A DNA stretch of 64,000 nucleotides from Callorhinchus milii (lineage: Eukaryota). Where the stretch lies: positions 72,852,001-72,916,000 of the forward strand of contig NW_024704742.1 of assembly GCF_018977255.1 (NCBI RefSeq), read 5' to 3'. Shown one piece after another: positions 50,640 through 62,991 of the stretch. Numbering within the stretch: position 1 is the stretch's first letter; each line of letters opens with the position of its first letter. Under the pieces are notes generated by a model. That model saw only the letters and a list, made by a program, of their open reading frames with translations, did not search any database and was not told the DNA's origin. Made by a program: the position numbers and the translations under genes.

Positions 50640-51770
50640 CACAAAGAAGCAAAAACTAGACCGAGAAAATAATTAAGAGTGCAAAGAGGGAGTGTGAACT
50701 AAAAGCCTGTAGATTGTATCAAGGGAAATAGCACAAGCTTCTATAAATACATAAAGATACCAAGAAAGCAAGAGTGGTATCATACACGTTGGGCCAATTA
50801 AAATCTTATTCGAGCAAAACATAAGGACGTGTTAAATAAATATTTCAAATTGGTCTCCATTGTCAGTCGAGAGAATACAATGGCAGAGGTATGGGGAAGG
50901 CAAGAGATTGGTGAGAAGGGGAAACTTTTAGGAATTAACATAACCAAAATTATTGTAATGCATAAATTAATGGCACTAAACCTTGACAAATCCTCAGGAC
51001 CAGAGAGTTACTGAAGCAAAGAAGAAAGGGATTAGCAATCCATTACAATCTTTCAAGCATCCATGGGTTCAAGGTTGATATTGGAGAATTGGAAGTTAAT
51101 AAATTGTTATTCTGAAAGGGAGAAAAGAACATTTCAAGAAATTAGTGGTTGCTGTGAATTTTAGAATAATGTTATTAATAATAATCCTTGCTTTTGATAT
51201 AGCGCTTTTCATGTCAGGAGGACGTCCCAAAGCGCTTCACAGAACACACTGTAAAGTGAATTGACTGTATATTTGTGGGCGAACGCGGCAGCCAATTGCG
51301 CACAGCAATGTCCCACAAACAGTCGTAGATTGAAAATGACCAATTTAATTATTGTTTTTGTTTTTTGGAGGGATTATTATTAGGCGTGTGGAGTAAGGAA
51401 ACTTGCCCAAGGTTTCGCCCTGTCTCTCACTTGCAAAGCGAGTGCTCTAACCACTGAGCTACAGGACTCCATAGCACGTCACAGTGTAAATTGTAGTGAA
51501 TGTAGTTTGTATGTGAAAAGGCTATGTATATGAAAATGTTAACAGTAGGAACATTATTGGATTATATTATCATGGACTGAGCAATATCTACATCCAGGAT
51601 GATCAGAGGGAGTAAGCATGGGTTTGTGAAAAGTAGATCATATCTAATTGGTCTAACAGTGATGCTTGACAGAAAATGTGAGATGGTAGATGAAAGGAGT
51701 TCAGTGGATATCACCTACATGATTTTCAAAAGAGATTTGAAATTCATGAAATTAGAGGCAACTTTGTGGC
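50640..51770 (+). mobile_element. Decayed CR1 RT fragment interrupted by a SINE
   Basis: VLNKYFKLV, LNLDKSSGP, then IRGSKHGFVKSRSYL..VDITY. Confidence 0.75.
51175..51470 (-). mobile_element. Young tRNA-derived SINE, short variant with B-box region deleted
   Basis: Reverse match to 20761-21079 but lacking the cctggaattgaactcagg segment. Confidence 0.88.
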
Positions 51771-51899
51771 ATTGTGTCATTCACAACGAAACAAATCCTG
51801 TGAAGTTCTTGGAGATCTTTCAGCAACATGATGAGGCCCTGTATCAAAAATGTTAAGATCTTATTATTATGGGTAGAAAATTGTTGGGACAAAAAGAAT

Positions 51900-52468
51900 G
51901 TACAACAACAAACAACAACAAATGACATTTGTATAGCAACTTTCATGTCAGGAGGATGTCCTAAGTCGCTGGACAGTTAACAATTTGGTCCCGAGCTGGG
52001 ATTTGGGATCAGGAGATGTGGAGGGCAGGAAAGGTAGGAGTAGAAAGATGACTGAAGGTGTGGTCGAAGAGGAGGAACTTGAGAACGGCCTTGAAGGAAG
52101 CAAGGCAAAAGGATTGTGGGATGGAGTTTCAGAGGATGGAGGCAGAAAGGCTGAAAGCCCGACCGCCAATAGTGGGATGGGCGGGGGACATGGAGCAGGA
52201 CAGTGCCTGCTGAGTGGAGGGAGCAGACAGGATGGTGTGGAATTAGCAGGTCACAGAGATAGGGAAGAGTAAGGAAGTGGGTGGCCTTGAAGGCGAGAAT
52301 GAGGATTTTGAATTCTATCCTCTGGGGGATGTGAAGTCAGTGGAGCTGGGTGAGGATGGGGGTGATAGGGTCACTGAGGCTGATATGGAAGAGGACACAA
52401 GCTGCAGAGTTCTGATCTGCAGCTGGTGGAGGAAAGAGTTGGGGTGACTGACAAGCAGAGAGTTAGCA
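51900..52468 (-). mobile_element. L2 3' fragment
   Basis: (CAA)n tail on +, terminal motif and ORF2 C-terminal sequence. Confidence 0.85.
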
Positions 52469-52785
52469 TAATAATAATAATCCTTGCATTTGATATAGCG
52501 CTTTTCATGTCAGGAGGACGTCCCAAAGCGCTTCACAGAATATACTGTAAAGTGAATTGACTGTATATTTGTGGGCGAACGCGGCAGCCAATTGCGTACA
52601 GCAGTGTCCCACAAACAGTCCTGGATTGAAAATGACCAATTTATTATTGTTTTGGTTTTTTGGAGGGATTATTATTAGGCGTGTGGAGTAAGGAAACTTG
52701 CTCAAGGTTTCGCCCTCTGCCTGGAATTGAACTCAGGTCTCTCACTTGCAAAGCGAGTGCTCTAACCACTGAGCTACAGGACTCC
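52469..52785 (-). mobile_element. Full-length young tRNA-derived SINE, short variant
   Basis: Reverse match to 20761-21079. Confidence 0.9.
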
Positions 52786-53051
52786 ATAATTAAGCCTGGA
52801 ATCATTACCGAGTATAATATACTGTGATTTACAGGCAGCAACAAATTATGTCCCAGGTTTTCACTTTTCAGTAGAGAGCCCAACACGTTCACTGATTGGG
52901 ATTGGCCCCTCAGAGATATGAAAGACATGTGGATAACAGGTACTCAGACAAAATACTATGGGATTTCTAATGCAATATTTACCACCTGAATTCATAAATA
53001 GTAACTGCTACCGGGAAGTACATGACCTCCCGGCCCCCCACAGCATGACCC

Positions 53052-53221
53052 CCAGGAAAGTGGTCCACCAATCGACTAACAACCAGGTTCCTACTTACTG
53101 CTAGGTAAACAGAGACATGGGGAGTAAAGAAACTTGCCTAACATTTCACCCTGCCTAGGAATCAAACCCAGATCCTTTAGTTTGTAAGGTGAGTGCTCCA
53201 ATCACTGAGCTACAGGACTCC
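53052..53221 (-). mobile_element. tRNA-SINE head plus CORE-like segment (long variant)
   Basis: ggttcctacttactgctaggtaaacagag..actgagctacaggactcc. Confidence 0.8.
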
Positions 53222-53232
53222 AATGTAGAATA

Positions 53233-54410
53233 CCAACAAGAACAACAACAACAACAAGATTCCATTTATAGAGCGCCTTTCACGTCGGGAGGATGTCCCA
53301 AGGCGCTGGACAGTTGGGTCAGGACCCGAGCCTTAGGGAGAAAATGGTCAGGGTGAGGGAAGGGAGGGAGCGAGGAGGGGGTAGAGAGTCGAGAGGAGAG
53401 CTGAAGGCTCGGTCAAAGAGAAAGGTCTTGAGACCAGCCTTGAAGGAGGAAAGGGAGGAAGCAAGGCGAAGGCACTGGGGGATGGAGTTCCAGAGCCTGG
53501 GGGCTGAGAGGCTGAAGGCCCGTCCACCGATGGTAGGGCAGTTGGGGCAGGGGATGTGGAGCAGACCGGAACCAGAGAAACGGAGGGTACAGTCAGGTAG
53601 GTAGGGGGATAGTAGGTCGGAGAGGTAGGAGGGAGAAAGGTCGTGAATGGCCTTGTAGGTGAGGATGAGGATCTTGAATTCGATCCTCTGGGGGATGGGG
53701 AGCCAGTGGAGGCGAGCGAGGGTGGGAGTGATGTGGTCGCGAAGCCTGGTGCGGGACAGTACACGAGCTGCAGAGTTCTGAATGACCTGCAGCTTGTGGT
53801 GGGAGGTGCCGGGAAGGCCGGCGAGGAGAGAGTTCCCATAGTCCAGCCTTGAGGTGATAAAGACGTGGACCAGTGTTTCAGCCGCGTGAGGGGTGAGGTA
53901 GTGCCGTAGTCTGGCAATGTTTCGGAGGTGATAGAAGGCGGTGCCAGTTGTGGCGCGGATATGAGGAAGAAAGGACAGCTCAGGGTCGAACAGAACCCCG
54001 AGGTTCCTGATGGCTTTGAGAGGTGGAGAGTGCAGCCTTGGATGCTGATGCTGTCAGCGCCTGAGGTGCGGAGGCACTGACGTGAGCCGATCAGGAGGGC
54101 CTCAGTTTTGCGCACGTTGAACTGAAGAAAGTTGTCTCTGTTCCAGGACTCGATGTCGGACAGGCAGGCTGTCATGACATCAGTGGTCGTGGAGTTGAGG
54201 GTAGAGGAGGAAAGGTAGAGTTGGGTGTCATCCGCATACATGTAGAAGTTAACCCCATGTCTGCGGATGATGTCACTAAGGGGGAGCATATAGAGGGTGA
54301 AGAGAACAGAGCCCTGAGGGACACCGCACGAGACAGTGCAGGGGCTGGAAGAAAAGCTGTTTGTGGAAACAAAATGAAGACGGTGGGAGAGGTACGACCT
54401 AAACCACTCT
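53233..54410 (-). mobile_element. Young 5'-truncated L2 LINE (~1.2 kb), same subfamily as 32123-33241
   Basis: [17 protein letters not shown]; near-identical to the 32-33 kb copy; (CAA)n tail on +. Confidence 0.95.
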
Positions 54411-57259
54411 CAGTCTCACAGCTGGAGTTATAATGTTAAAATGACAGCCCCTCTCTTTCTCCTCACTGCCAGCCCCCTCTCTTCCCCATTGCCAACCCAT
54501 CTATCTCCCCACTGCTAGACAATCTCTTTCTCTCCTCCATTGAAGTAACTTTTTCTCTCTTCCCACTCTCCCAGAAATACAACTACAGCATGAGCCCACT
54601 GAGAGGTTAAAAAAAATGCAGTAGATCACTGAAGCTAACTTTCAGAAGTCACATGAGGTAAAAACTGAAAAATGTGAATGTGTCTTGGCAATTTAAGTAT
54701 CTTAATACTTTAAAGAAGCTGAAAATCAAAATGAAAGTTGACCTCTTAGTACTTTCAGTAAATGAATGAAATGCACTGTTGCCACAAAAGCTTTTAACTG
54801 GAACATTAGGAGACATCGCCATATGCCACAGCAATGAATCAGTTATTAAGCTAAGGCTGACCCAAAACACATTGCAGCATTTCACTGATTCAGCTTCTTC
54901 TCTTGTCTCTGTGACACAGTATGTTCTGATGTATCACAAAGGTGGACAATTATTCTCCAGAGTAACCCATTAGAAACAATGCACGGACAGAACGATGGTA
55001 CAGAACAGCCCAGAGTATCTGGCAGATTCCAGGTTTCACAATCAAGCACATTTTTGGCTCAACTCTCACCAGTTCTGCAGAACTTCCAAAGTTTCTATCA
55101 GTTTTCCTTGTGTTACAAAATCATTTTGGCACATAATTTTATTGCATATATCAAGCAATGCAATAAAATTAGTCTACTTGAGTCTACTCACTGTTTTCAA
55201 TGATAGTTACCTTCATCAAATAAAGAGTTATTTAAATCACGTTTCTTCCTTGTGTAATAAAATACAAAATCAGTATCAGATTTATACTGAATCATTGAAC
55301 CATTGGTATTCCCAATGGGGGAAGGGTATTCTCCAACCATGGGCGAATTTACCAATCTGGGAAGTGTGAGCTATTAATCGGGGTGTCCTGCCTCTTTAGA
55401 CAATCTTGAGATATTTGCTCAGAAGCCCCAAAAATTAGCATGATAGTAAAATGATGTTCAGGCAAAGGGCAATTTCAGTACAGGCAGCACACACAGGAAG
55501 TGTTTCTTTACCTAAAGATTAATTTACTGGAACAGGATGCCAGGAAGGGTGGTTGAGGGCAGGGTACTGAGCTCAGTAAAAATAAACACAGCTTGATGCA
55601 GTCATGGGAGTCTGTTAGGGTGAATATTCTGGAAGGATGAGATCAGGTGAACTAATGGGCATTTTTCAGCTGAACTGATCTTATGAGCTTTTGAAAAATT
55701 TTGTATGCACACTTGCAAGCTATTGTTTTCCCTACATCATTATAATATACCTTACTGTCATGGCATTTTGGTGAATGAATGGTAGGTATCATACCAGTAA
55801 CCAGGAGTACGTCCATAAAAACTTAGAATGGGAAGCTAAGGTAAGTCTGAGGAAAGAGTGGGGGAAGAAGAGGAATGGAATTTGAGTGAGTGGAAGGAAC
55901 GAGGTTAACAAGCAATTATAATCTCCTTGAGGCTCTGCTCGCAATACAATGGGCATAATGACAGAATCTGGGTGAAAAGATAGGATCCTCAGTCAAGACA
56001 TACACTGCAGTGTGTGGAGCAGATCTCATGGAATGTGATTGGAAACCCTCTTTCCAAAAGAAAAGTTTTGGGGTTTGCAAGGATAGAGGCAGGGAAATGC
56101 CCCTGATTAGAATCATAAAAAAAATTTCACCTGTCTCTAGATTTTTTCTTAACATTTCAGAGAATCCTGAATTTGGCAAATTCATAATTACAGCCTTAAT
56201 TCTGAAGCCAGTTAAGCTCTTTTGTAAAGAAAGTCATGTTTTTTCGCTGATTCCTGCTGTGTAGACCTGCAATAAGGGTGTGAGCTATAAATTCAGTGGA
56301 TGGTCTATAATGCCAAGAAAGATGCACTGCGTCCAGTAGTAACATGGACCTCTGAAAAAATGAGGGCAGTCAACTATCACTTTTACAGCAATATCTAAAC
56401 CATAGTCTGAAGTTTCCTGCAAATCTGTACATTACTAATCAACTTATATCGCTGTCTGATAGTATTTAATGGAAAAGATATTGATTGCTATCCAAGTTTT
56501 GCTTTCAAATTAAAATGTGCTTCCAAGACCCATTTGCATTAGCTTTTAAATGAGATTTCATGTAATTTTAAAGATCAACGTCTAACTTGCAAGAATGTTT
56601 TTTCTCTTAATTATGCTTCACTAACATTTAGATTTAATAAAACATTCAAGCCGTTGGAATAAAAATATATTGCAGAGACTTTTTTTTCATCTAAAATGAT
56701 TTATGCCTTGCAGTCATTCATACACACCAAATGTATTCACTTTATCGATTGCAGTAAATTCCCAAACTGTAAGTCAGTAAGACCTTCCTTTTACCTCCTT
56801 CTGGTACAAATCAAAGGTCACTCACTCCCTACATATTATCCTACATTTATTGTATTTCTAATTTGTGACAGCAAAAATAATGCTTTTAAATGATGAACAA
56901 CAACAAATTACATTTATACAGCATCTTTCACATCAGAAGGATGACCCAAGGCACTCGACAGTCACAGATTTGCGCCCAAGCTGGGGGTTGGGTTCAGGAC
57001 GGATGGAGGGCAGGGAGGGTTGGGGGTGGGAGGGTGACTGAAGTGGAGGTCGAAGAGGAGGATCTTGAACAAGCAGGTTGTTGGATACAATAAGCCAATA
57101 GTGTTGACAGCAATTTGGAATTTTCTCCCTAAAATCTTCTCAAAACCCATTTAAAAACCTTTCTCTATGACTGTGCGTTTGGCGACCTCTTGCCTACCCC
57201 TCTCCCCATCTTCCACCATGTTCAGGCTCCCATTCAGTCTTAGTAAAGCACTTAGAGAT

Positions 57260-57358
57260 TAAAAACAAAGTCGCTGGGAATACTCAGCAGGTCAGACAGC
57301 ATCTATGGAGAGAAGAAAGCGAGTTAACGTTTCGGGTTGCTGACTTTCGTCAGAACTC
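57260..57358 (-). mobile_element. Penelope-like terminal repeat fragment carrying a hammerhead motif
   Basis: gctgggaatactcagcaggtcagacagcatctatggagag is shared with 38441-38495 and ends in the hammerhead core. Confidence 0.65.
57321..57358 (-). ncRNA. Minimal type I hammerhead ribozyme motif (stem II degenerate)
   Basis: Minus strand reads GAGTT-CTGACGA-AAGTCAGCAACCC-GAAACGTT-AACTC: stem I GAGUU/AACUC, core CUGAnGA..GAAA, palindromic stem III AACGUU. Confidence 0.6.
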
Positions 57359-57389
57359 AAAACCACAGCAGGACCATCCGCTTACTCAC

Positions 57390-57429
57390 CTTTTCAGATT
57401 TGGTATTCGTAATTCACACCTTGTGAATT
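57390..57429 (-). other. Candidate 40-bp exon
   Basis: Acceptor tatttttatttgcAG and consensus donor AAG|gtgagt; one frame open (FTRCELRIPNLK). Confidence 0.3.
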
Positions 57430-57737
57430 CTGCAAATAAAAATAATAATCTTTGCATTTGGTAAAATGCCTTTCACATCGGGAGGATGTCCCAAAGCGCT
57501 TCACATGATATACTGTCAACAACTGTAGAGCTGCATTGGAATGTCAGCGTAGACGTGAGGCTTGAATCCACAACTTTCTGACTCAGAGGCGAAAGTGCTA
57601 CCGCTGAGCCAGGGTGACACATAGAACATAATTAATGCAATAAATCTTATTGTGAATATTACAAGTTAAACCCCTCAGTGTCCCATAAATATAGCCTAAT
57701 CTTTGTAGGAAAAGAGAAATTGTGATTCTTATTGATA

Positions 57738-57885
57738 AGGCTTTCGATCACCCTGCCTTCTCCCCCTGCCCTCCACCCTCCCCAATCCCGACCCGCAGCT
57801 CGGGTCCGAAACACTGACTGTCCAGTGCCTTGGGACATCCTCCCGACGTGAAAGGCGCTATACAAATGTAATTTTGTTGTTGTTG
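57738..57885 (+). mobile_element. L2 3' tail
   Basis: Near-identical to 79-226. Confidence 0.85.
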
Positions 57886-58945
57886 ATTCATAGCTTGCTC
57901 TTCTTCATGGTCTTAAAAGTCTGCGGCAGCCGAGCAATCCTACAGAATAGCTTTATTCAAAAGCACTATTGCATCCTCTCAGTTCTTTGTGAAGGAATGG
58001 AAACAGGCAGACAGCAGGACATATTGCAAATTGTATGTACTTTGTACATTTCTGATATAACCTAATAGTATTCTTAAGGAGTGGGAGTAAGGAGTGGGTG
58101 GAGAATCATTGAGTATAAATACCAGAGAAGAGACATTTAAAAAGGAACATAATACAGATGTTTATAAAACAGTTTGATAAGGTTAACATAAACAGGCTGT
58201 TACAACTTTTNGGGGGGAATATGTAACCAGGGGACACAAGAATAAGATTCGGGCTCAATCCGACATATCCTGACATATTTCTATGTTGTGTAGTCTATGT
58301 AAATCTTACATTTTAGGGCAAAATGGTCTAACAGACTAAGACTAGGTGGAATTTTATTCCTGTAATATCTTAGCTATTGATACTGCACCAAAGACATAAT
58401 TTATCAAATAAGCTAAGAGAATTCTTTCCGGAAGAATTGCAGTATTAGTTTATACAATATCTGAAAAAGTAAATCACTGTTTGCTGCTGATATTTGAGAG
58501 ATCTACAGGCAGACTGCTTTACAATTTTATGTATCTGTATCATGGTTGCCAATTAATTAAAGTGTGAATCTGTGGACTCAGGAGTAATCTAATGAAAAAT
58601 CCATGAATCCAGTTCAATTGATTATATATTGCAACTCATACTCTTTAACATATCTGCCATTTCAGGTTCACACCATTCTGCCAAATGCTGAGCATGGGTA
58701 GAATACATAATATATTACAATTGGTCTCTCCTTCGTGACTGCAGCATTTGCACTGTATGAAATGCTTATCAATATTACATTGCTTTGTCAACAAAATACA
58801 GTCACTACACTTTATAATAAATCTTGAGTAATGCTTTGTGATATTTTGATGATGTGATAAGGCACTATATCAAATGCAAAAAAAATTATTATATTGTTCA
58901 AAGTATGGTAAAATCAACATACCTTGTACATGTAAATCCATTCAT

Positions 58946-59266
58946 TATAATAATAATAATCCTTGCATTTGATATAGCGCCTTTCACGTCGGGAGGACTT
59001 CCCAAAGCGCTTCACAGAACACACTGTAAAGTGAATTGACTGTATATTTGTGGGCGAACGCAGCAGCCAATTGCGCACAGCAATGTCCCACAAACAGTCG
59101 TAGATTGAAAATGACCAATTTATTATTGTTTTGGGTTTTGGAGGGATTATTATTAGGCTCTGTGTGGAGTAAGGAAACTTGCCCAAGGTTTCGCCCTCTG
59201 CCTGGAATTGAACTCAGGTCTCTCGCTTGCAAAGCGAGTGCTCTAACCACTGAGCTACAGGACTCC
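58946..59266 (-). mobile_element. Full-length young tRNA-derived SINE, short variant
   Basis: Reverse match to 20761-21079. Confidence 0.9.
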
Positions 59267-60293
59267 ACAAGATACAAGGGTGAAAGGTGTCATATCAAAT
59301 GCGCCATGAAATGCTGTAAATTTCACCCCATCTTGTTTGAGAATGGGTCTTTTTCTTCTCTCACTCTCGCTATTATTTTGCTCTTTGCTTTGTTGAGGCT
59401 CAGCTCCATCTATTTTAATTCCACACAGTACGTGGAATGCTTTCTTATAACTGTTAACATTTGAGTGGCACATTGACATATCAATGTCAAAATAATAAAA
59501 TAAAATGAGATTTTAGATTATCCCAGGAATATGTGTTACGATAAAACCCGATAGAATTCTATCATTTTAAATATTTTCTAAAATAAAAACGGATTATAAG
59601 GTCTCAGAGGAGATTGAACCGAATGATTTTCGCCCACAAGAGACACAAAAGTCACTACACTTTACAATATATTCCATGAAGCACTTTGAGATGTTTTGAA
59701 TAGGCACTGTATCAAATGCAAGGATTTTTTTTTATTCGTCCATCTGGTCAGGCTCAATGTCAAATATCACCTGTTTCTCTCTTATTCCCAGATGTAATTC
59801 AGCAATTTTTCCACAATACACAGCTAACATTAAAATCAGAGATTACTGCTTGCATTCAACATATTCCATTCACATGTCGCAACACAAACCATATTGTTCT
59901 GTAAAGTATTACCATTAATGTCCAAGCACATGGGATTTTTTAAGCATTACAATATTGGAGGCACCATCTTTTTCTGCACAATGAATTATTGAGTAGTAAC
60001 TAATGCTTTACTGCATCACAGACGCAGGAAAGGATCTGGCCTTATTACTCTCAGTTTGGCTGAAGTGGGGGAGGAGAGCTCCCGACTCATAATAAACTAT
60101 GTAAATGAAAAGCTACTGTGCATGCACACAATTTTTTCACTCGTCATTTACAATGTCAATGTAAAATTATAGAAATAGATATCTCATAAATTATTTAATG
60201 CCGGCAACAATTATTTTGTTTGTTTCTTGTCATTCTTCATAATATCAATAACAAGTAACAGTGGGAACAATGATTTAGAAGCTGAATTGCCTC

Positions 60294-60306
60294 GTTGCTA
60301 GGTGAC
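60294..60306. promoter_or_regulatory. RFX X-box-like motif GTTGCTAGGTGAC
   Basis: Reverse strand GTCACCTAGCAAC contains the CCTAGCAAC RFX half-site; unique sequence 2.6 kb upstream of the 62871 exon candidate. Confidence 0.3.
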
Positions 60307-60999
60307 AGCAGCCTAAAGAAAGATTTGGGAGCAACAAAAAGTTATTCCCAGCAAGAGAATAGGTACAATTAGTCAGGTTTTTCTTTCTCATGTAATATTG
60401 AAAGAAAAGGCAGGTTTTGACTGTATATATGTGCAGGGCTGCAATAAATGCTTCATGAAAATATGCTTTAAAACGTTTAATGTGTTCCCCATGATGGCTG
60501 CCTTGGTGTGTTCTGCAAGGTATGTAATTGGTTCCTGTAGGTAAAACCATATCAGCAGAGAAGGGGGATTGTTACAGCCATAGAAATATTACAGAATTCC
60601 AGTCCAAACCACATTTTATGTTTCCTGACAACCTTGTGTCAACAAGGTACATGCATTCACCGCTGGTACCTTATGTACCTGCCATGTTACAGCCGTATAA
60701 AGCTAGAGACACCACGGTTGTTGCAATATGTTTTTCCAATGTACAAGTTTTTCCAATGTACAATGTACATAGTTTTCACAACACAGGGCAATTACCAGGA
60801 CAATAAATTAAGATGTCCTCCTGACATAAAGGTGCCATATCAATGTAAATTGTATTGTATTTCAGAATCAAACAATTTGTACACTCTGCGTACTAATTTT
60901 TGCTCTGTGTCATTGGTTCCCTCCTATTCATAAGACAGAACTCAGGCTAAAGTACAGAGATCACACAAACCTTGTGCAAATCTGTTCATATTAAAACAA

Positions 61000-61320
61000 A
61001 TAATAATATTAATAATAATAATCCTTGCATTTGATATAGCGCTTTTCACGTCGGGAGGACGTCCCAAAACGCTTCACAGAACACACTGTAAAGTGAATTG
61101 ACTGTATATTTGTAGGCGAACGTGGCAGCCAATTGCGCACAGCAATGTCCCACAAACAGTCGTAGATTGAAAATGACCAATTTCATTATTGCTTTTGGTT
61201 TTGGAGGGATTATTATGAGGCGTGTGGAGTAAGGAAACTTGCCCAAGGTTTCGCCCTGTGCCTGGAAATGAACTCAGGTCTCTCACTTGCAAAGCGAGTG
61301 CTCTAACCACTGAGCTACAG
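61000..61320 (-). mobile_element. Young tRNA-derived SINE, short variant
   Basis: Reverse match to 20761-21079, missing the first few nucleotides. Confidence 0.9.
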
Positions 61321-61409
61321 AGAAATGTCCTGTTTTTCTCATCATCTAGATATCTGATCATGGTTTTTTCTGCACCACAAATATAATAATTCTTACATTT
61401 GATGTAGTG

Positions 61410-62455
61410 CACCCCTTTAAAAACAGCCATCATCACCCCTATACTTAAAATCCTCTCCCTGGACCCATTCCTGCTCTCAACCTACCGCCCCATCTCCAAC
61501 CTCCCTTCCTCTCCAAGATCCTGGAACGAGTTATTGCTTCCCAGCTTCACTCCTTCCTCTCCGGCCTTTACGAACTCCTTCAATCAGGTTTTTGTGCCTC
61601 CCACAGCACAGAAACAGCCCTGGTCAAAGTGACAAATGACATTCTGTCCTTCTGTGAGCAGGGCTCCCTCTGCCTCCTCGTCCTCCTTAACCTCTCTGCT
61701 GCCTTCGACACCGTCGACCACTCTATCCTCATCCACTGCCTCTCCTCTTACCTCAACTTACACGGCGCTGTCCTTGAATGGTTCAGATGATACCTCTCAC
61801 ATCGCCTGCACTTCATCTCCACAAATGGTTTCTCCTCTAGCCCCCGCACCGTCTCGTGTGGCATTCCTCAGGGCTCTGTCCTTGGTCCCCTCCTCTTCAA
61901 TATCTATATACTCCCTCTTAATGATATCATCCGCAGACATGGGGTCAACTTTGACATGTACGCAGATGACACCCAATGTATTGCTCTGCCTCCTTCCTTG
62001 ACTCCAGGACCACTGCTGTCCTGATAGAATGTCTGTCAGACATCAAGTCCTGGATGAGAGCTAACTTTCTTCAGTTGAATGTCAACAAGACCGAGGCTCT
62101 CCTGATTGGCTCCCATCAGCGCCTCCACATCTCAAGCGCTGACAACATCACCATCCATGGTTCCACACTCCACCTCACGTCTTATTTGACCTTCAACTAT
62201 CCTTTATACCCCATATCCATGCCATGACCCGCTCTGCCTTCGACCACCTCCACAACATCACCCGGCTCCACCACTTTCTCACACTGCAGCCCGCCAAGAT
62301 GCTCATACACACATTCATAACATCCAGGCTTGACTATGCACCCATCCTCTCCTGACTCCACTGGCTTTCCATCACTCAGAGGATACGGTTCAAGATCATG
62401 GTCCTCACCTTCAAAGCCCTCCATGGCCTTGCTCCCCCCTACCTCTGCGACCGCC
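61410..62455 (+). mobile_element. L2 fragment covering most of the RT domain, frameshifted
   Basis: [62 protein letters not shown]. Confidence 0.92.
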
Positions 62456-62456
62456 T

Positions 62457-62800
62457 AAGTCAGAAGGTTAAGAGTTTAAGCCCAATTTGGAGTCTGACAA
62501 AATAGGTCAATACTGGGGGAATGTTGCACTATTGAAGGTGCTAATCTTTGGATGAGACAGTAAACCGAGATTCTGTCCTTCTGTGCAGATGGATGTTACA
62601 GATCCCAAGACTCTATTCAGAAAAGAGTCAGGTTGCCCTGTCCAGCGAATCCTCCAAATTATTTGGCTATTCACTTTATAGCTGTTCAGGGAACTTTATT
62701 ATTTTGTGCAAACTAGCTGCTATTTTGCCTATAAATACAGCCACTACACTTGACAGCAATTATGTGAAGTGCTTTGAGACACTTATATAAAATACAAGTT
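62457..62800 (+). mobile_element. SacSINE1-like SINE, diverged
   Basis: agtcagaaggtt head remnant, ggatgagacagtaaaccgag, gatggatgttacagatccc and tail. Confidence 0.65.
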
Positions 62801-62870
62801 TTTTTTACAGATAAGAATCCTTGTACTACATCGTGTGGAATAACGTTTTCCTACCCTTGCTGTTTTATAG

Positions 62871-62991
62871 TTACAATTTGAAAGATCAGAGGATCAACGG
62901 CACGAAACACTGCAGAGTAATTATGATGTGGACTCCGTAGGTCTGGACGAAGAGGAAAATGTCTATGAAATAATGACACACATTCCCAATG
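62871..62991 (+). CDS. Candidate coding exon (121 bp, phase 0 to 1) of an unidentified gene
   Basis: Acceptor cccttgctgttttatAG, donor ATG|gtaagc; single open frame LQFERSEDQRHETLQSNYDVDSVGLDEEENVYEIMTHIPN; purine-rich with CpGs retained. Confidence 0.5.

Noticed and set aside
53348..54289. 313-aa ORF, the longest in the track, as a gene
   Set aside because: The N-terminal part is L2 RT (YADD); the Pro/Ser-rich remainder is out-of-frame L2 sequence after a frameshift.
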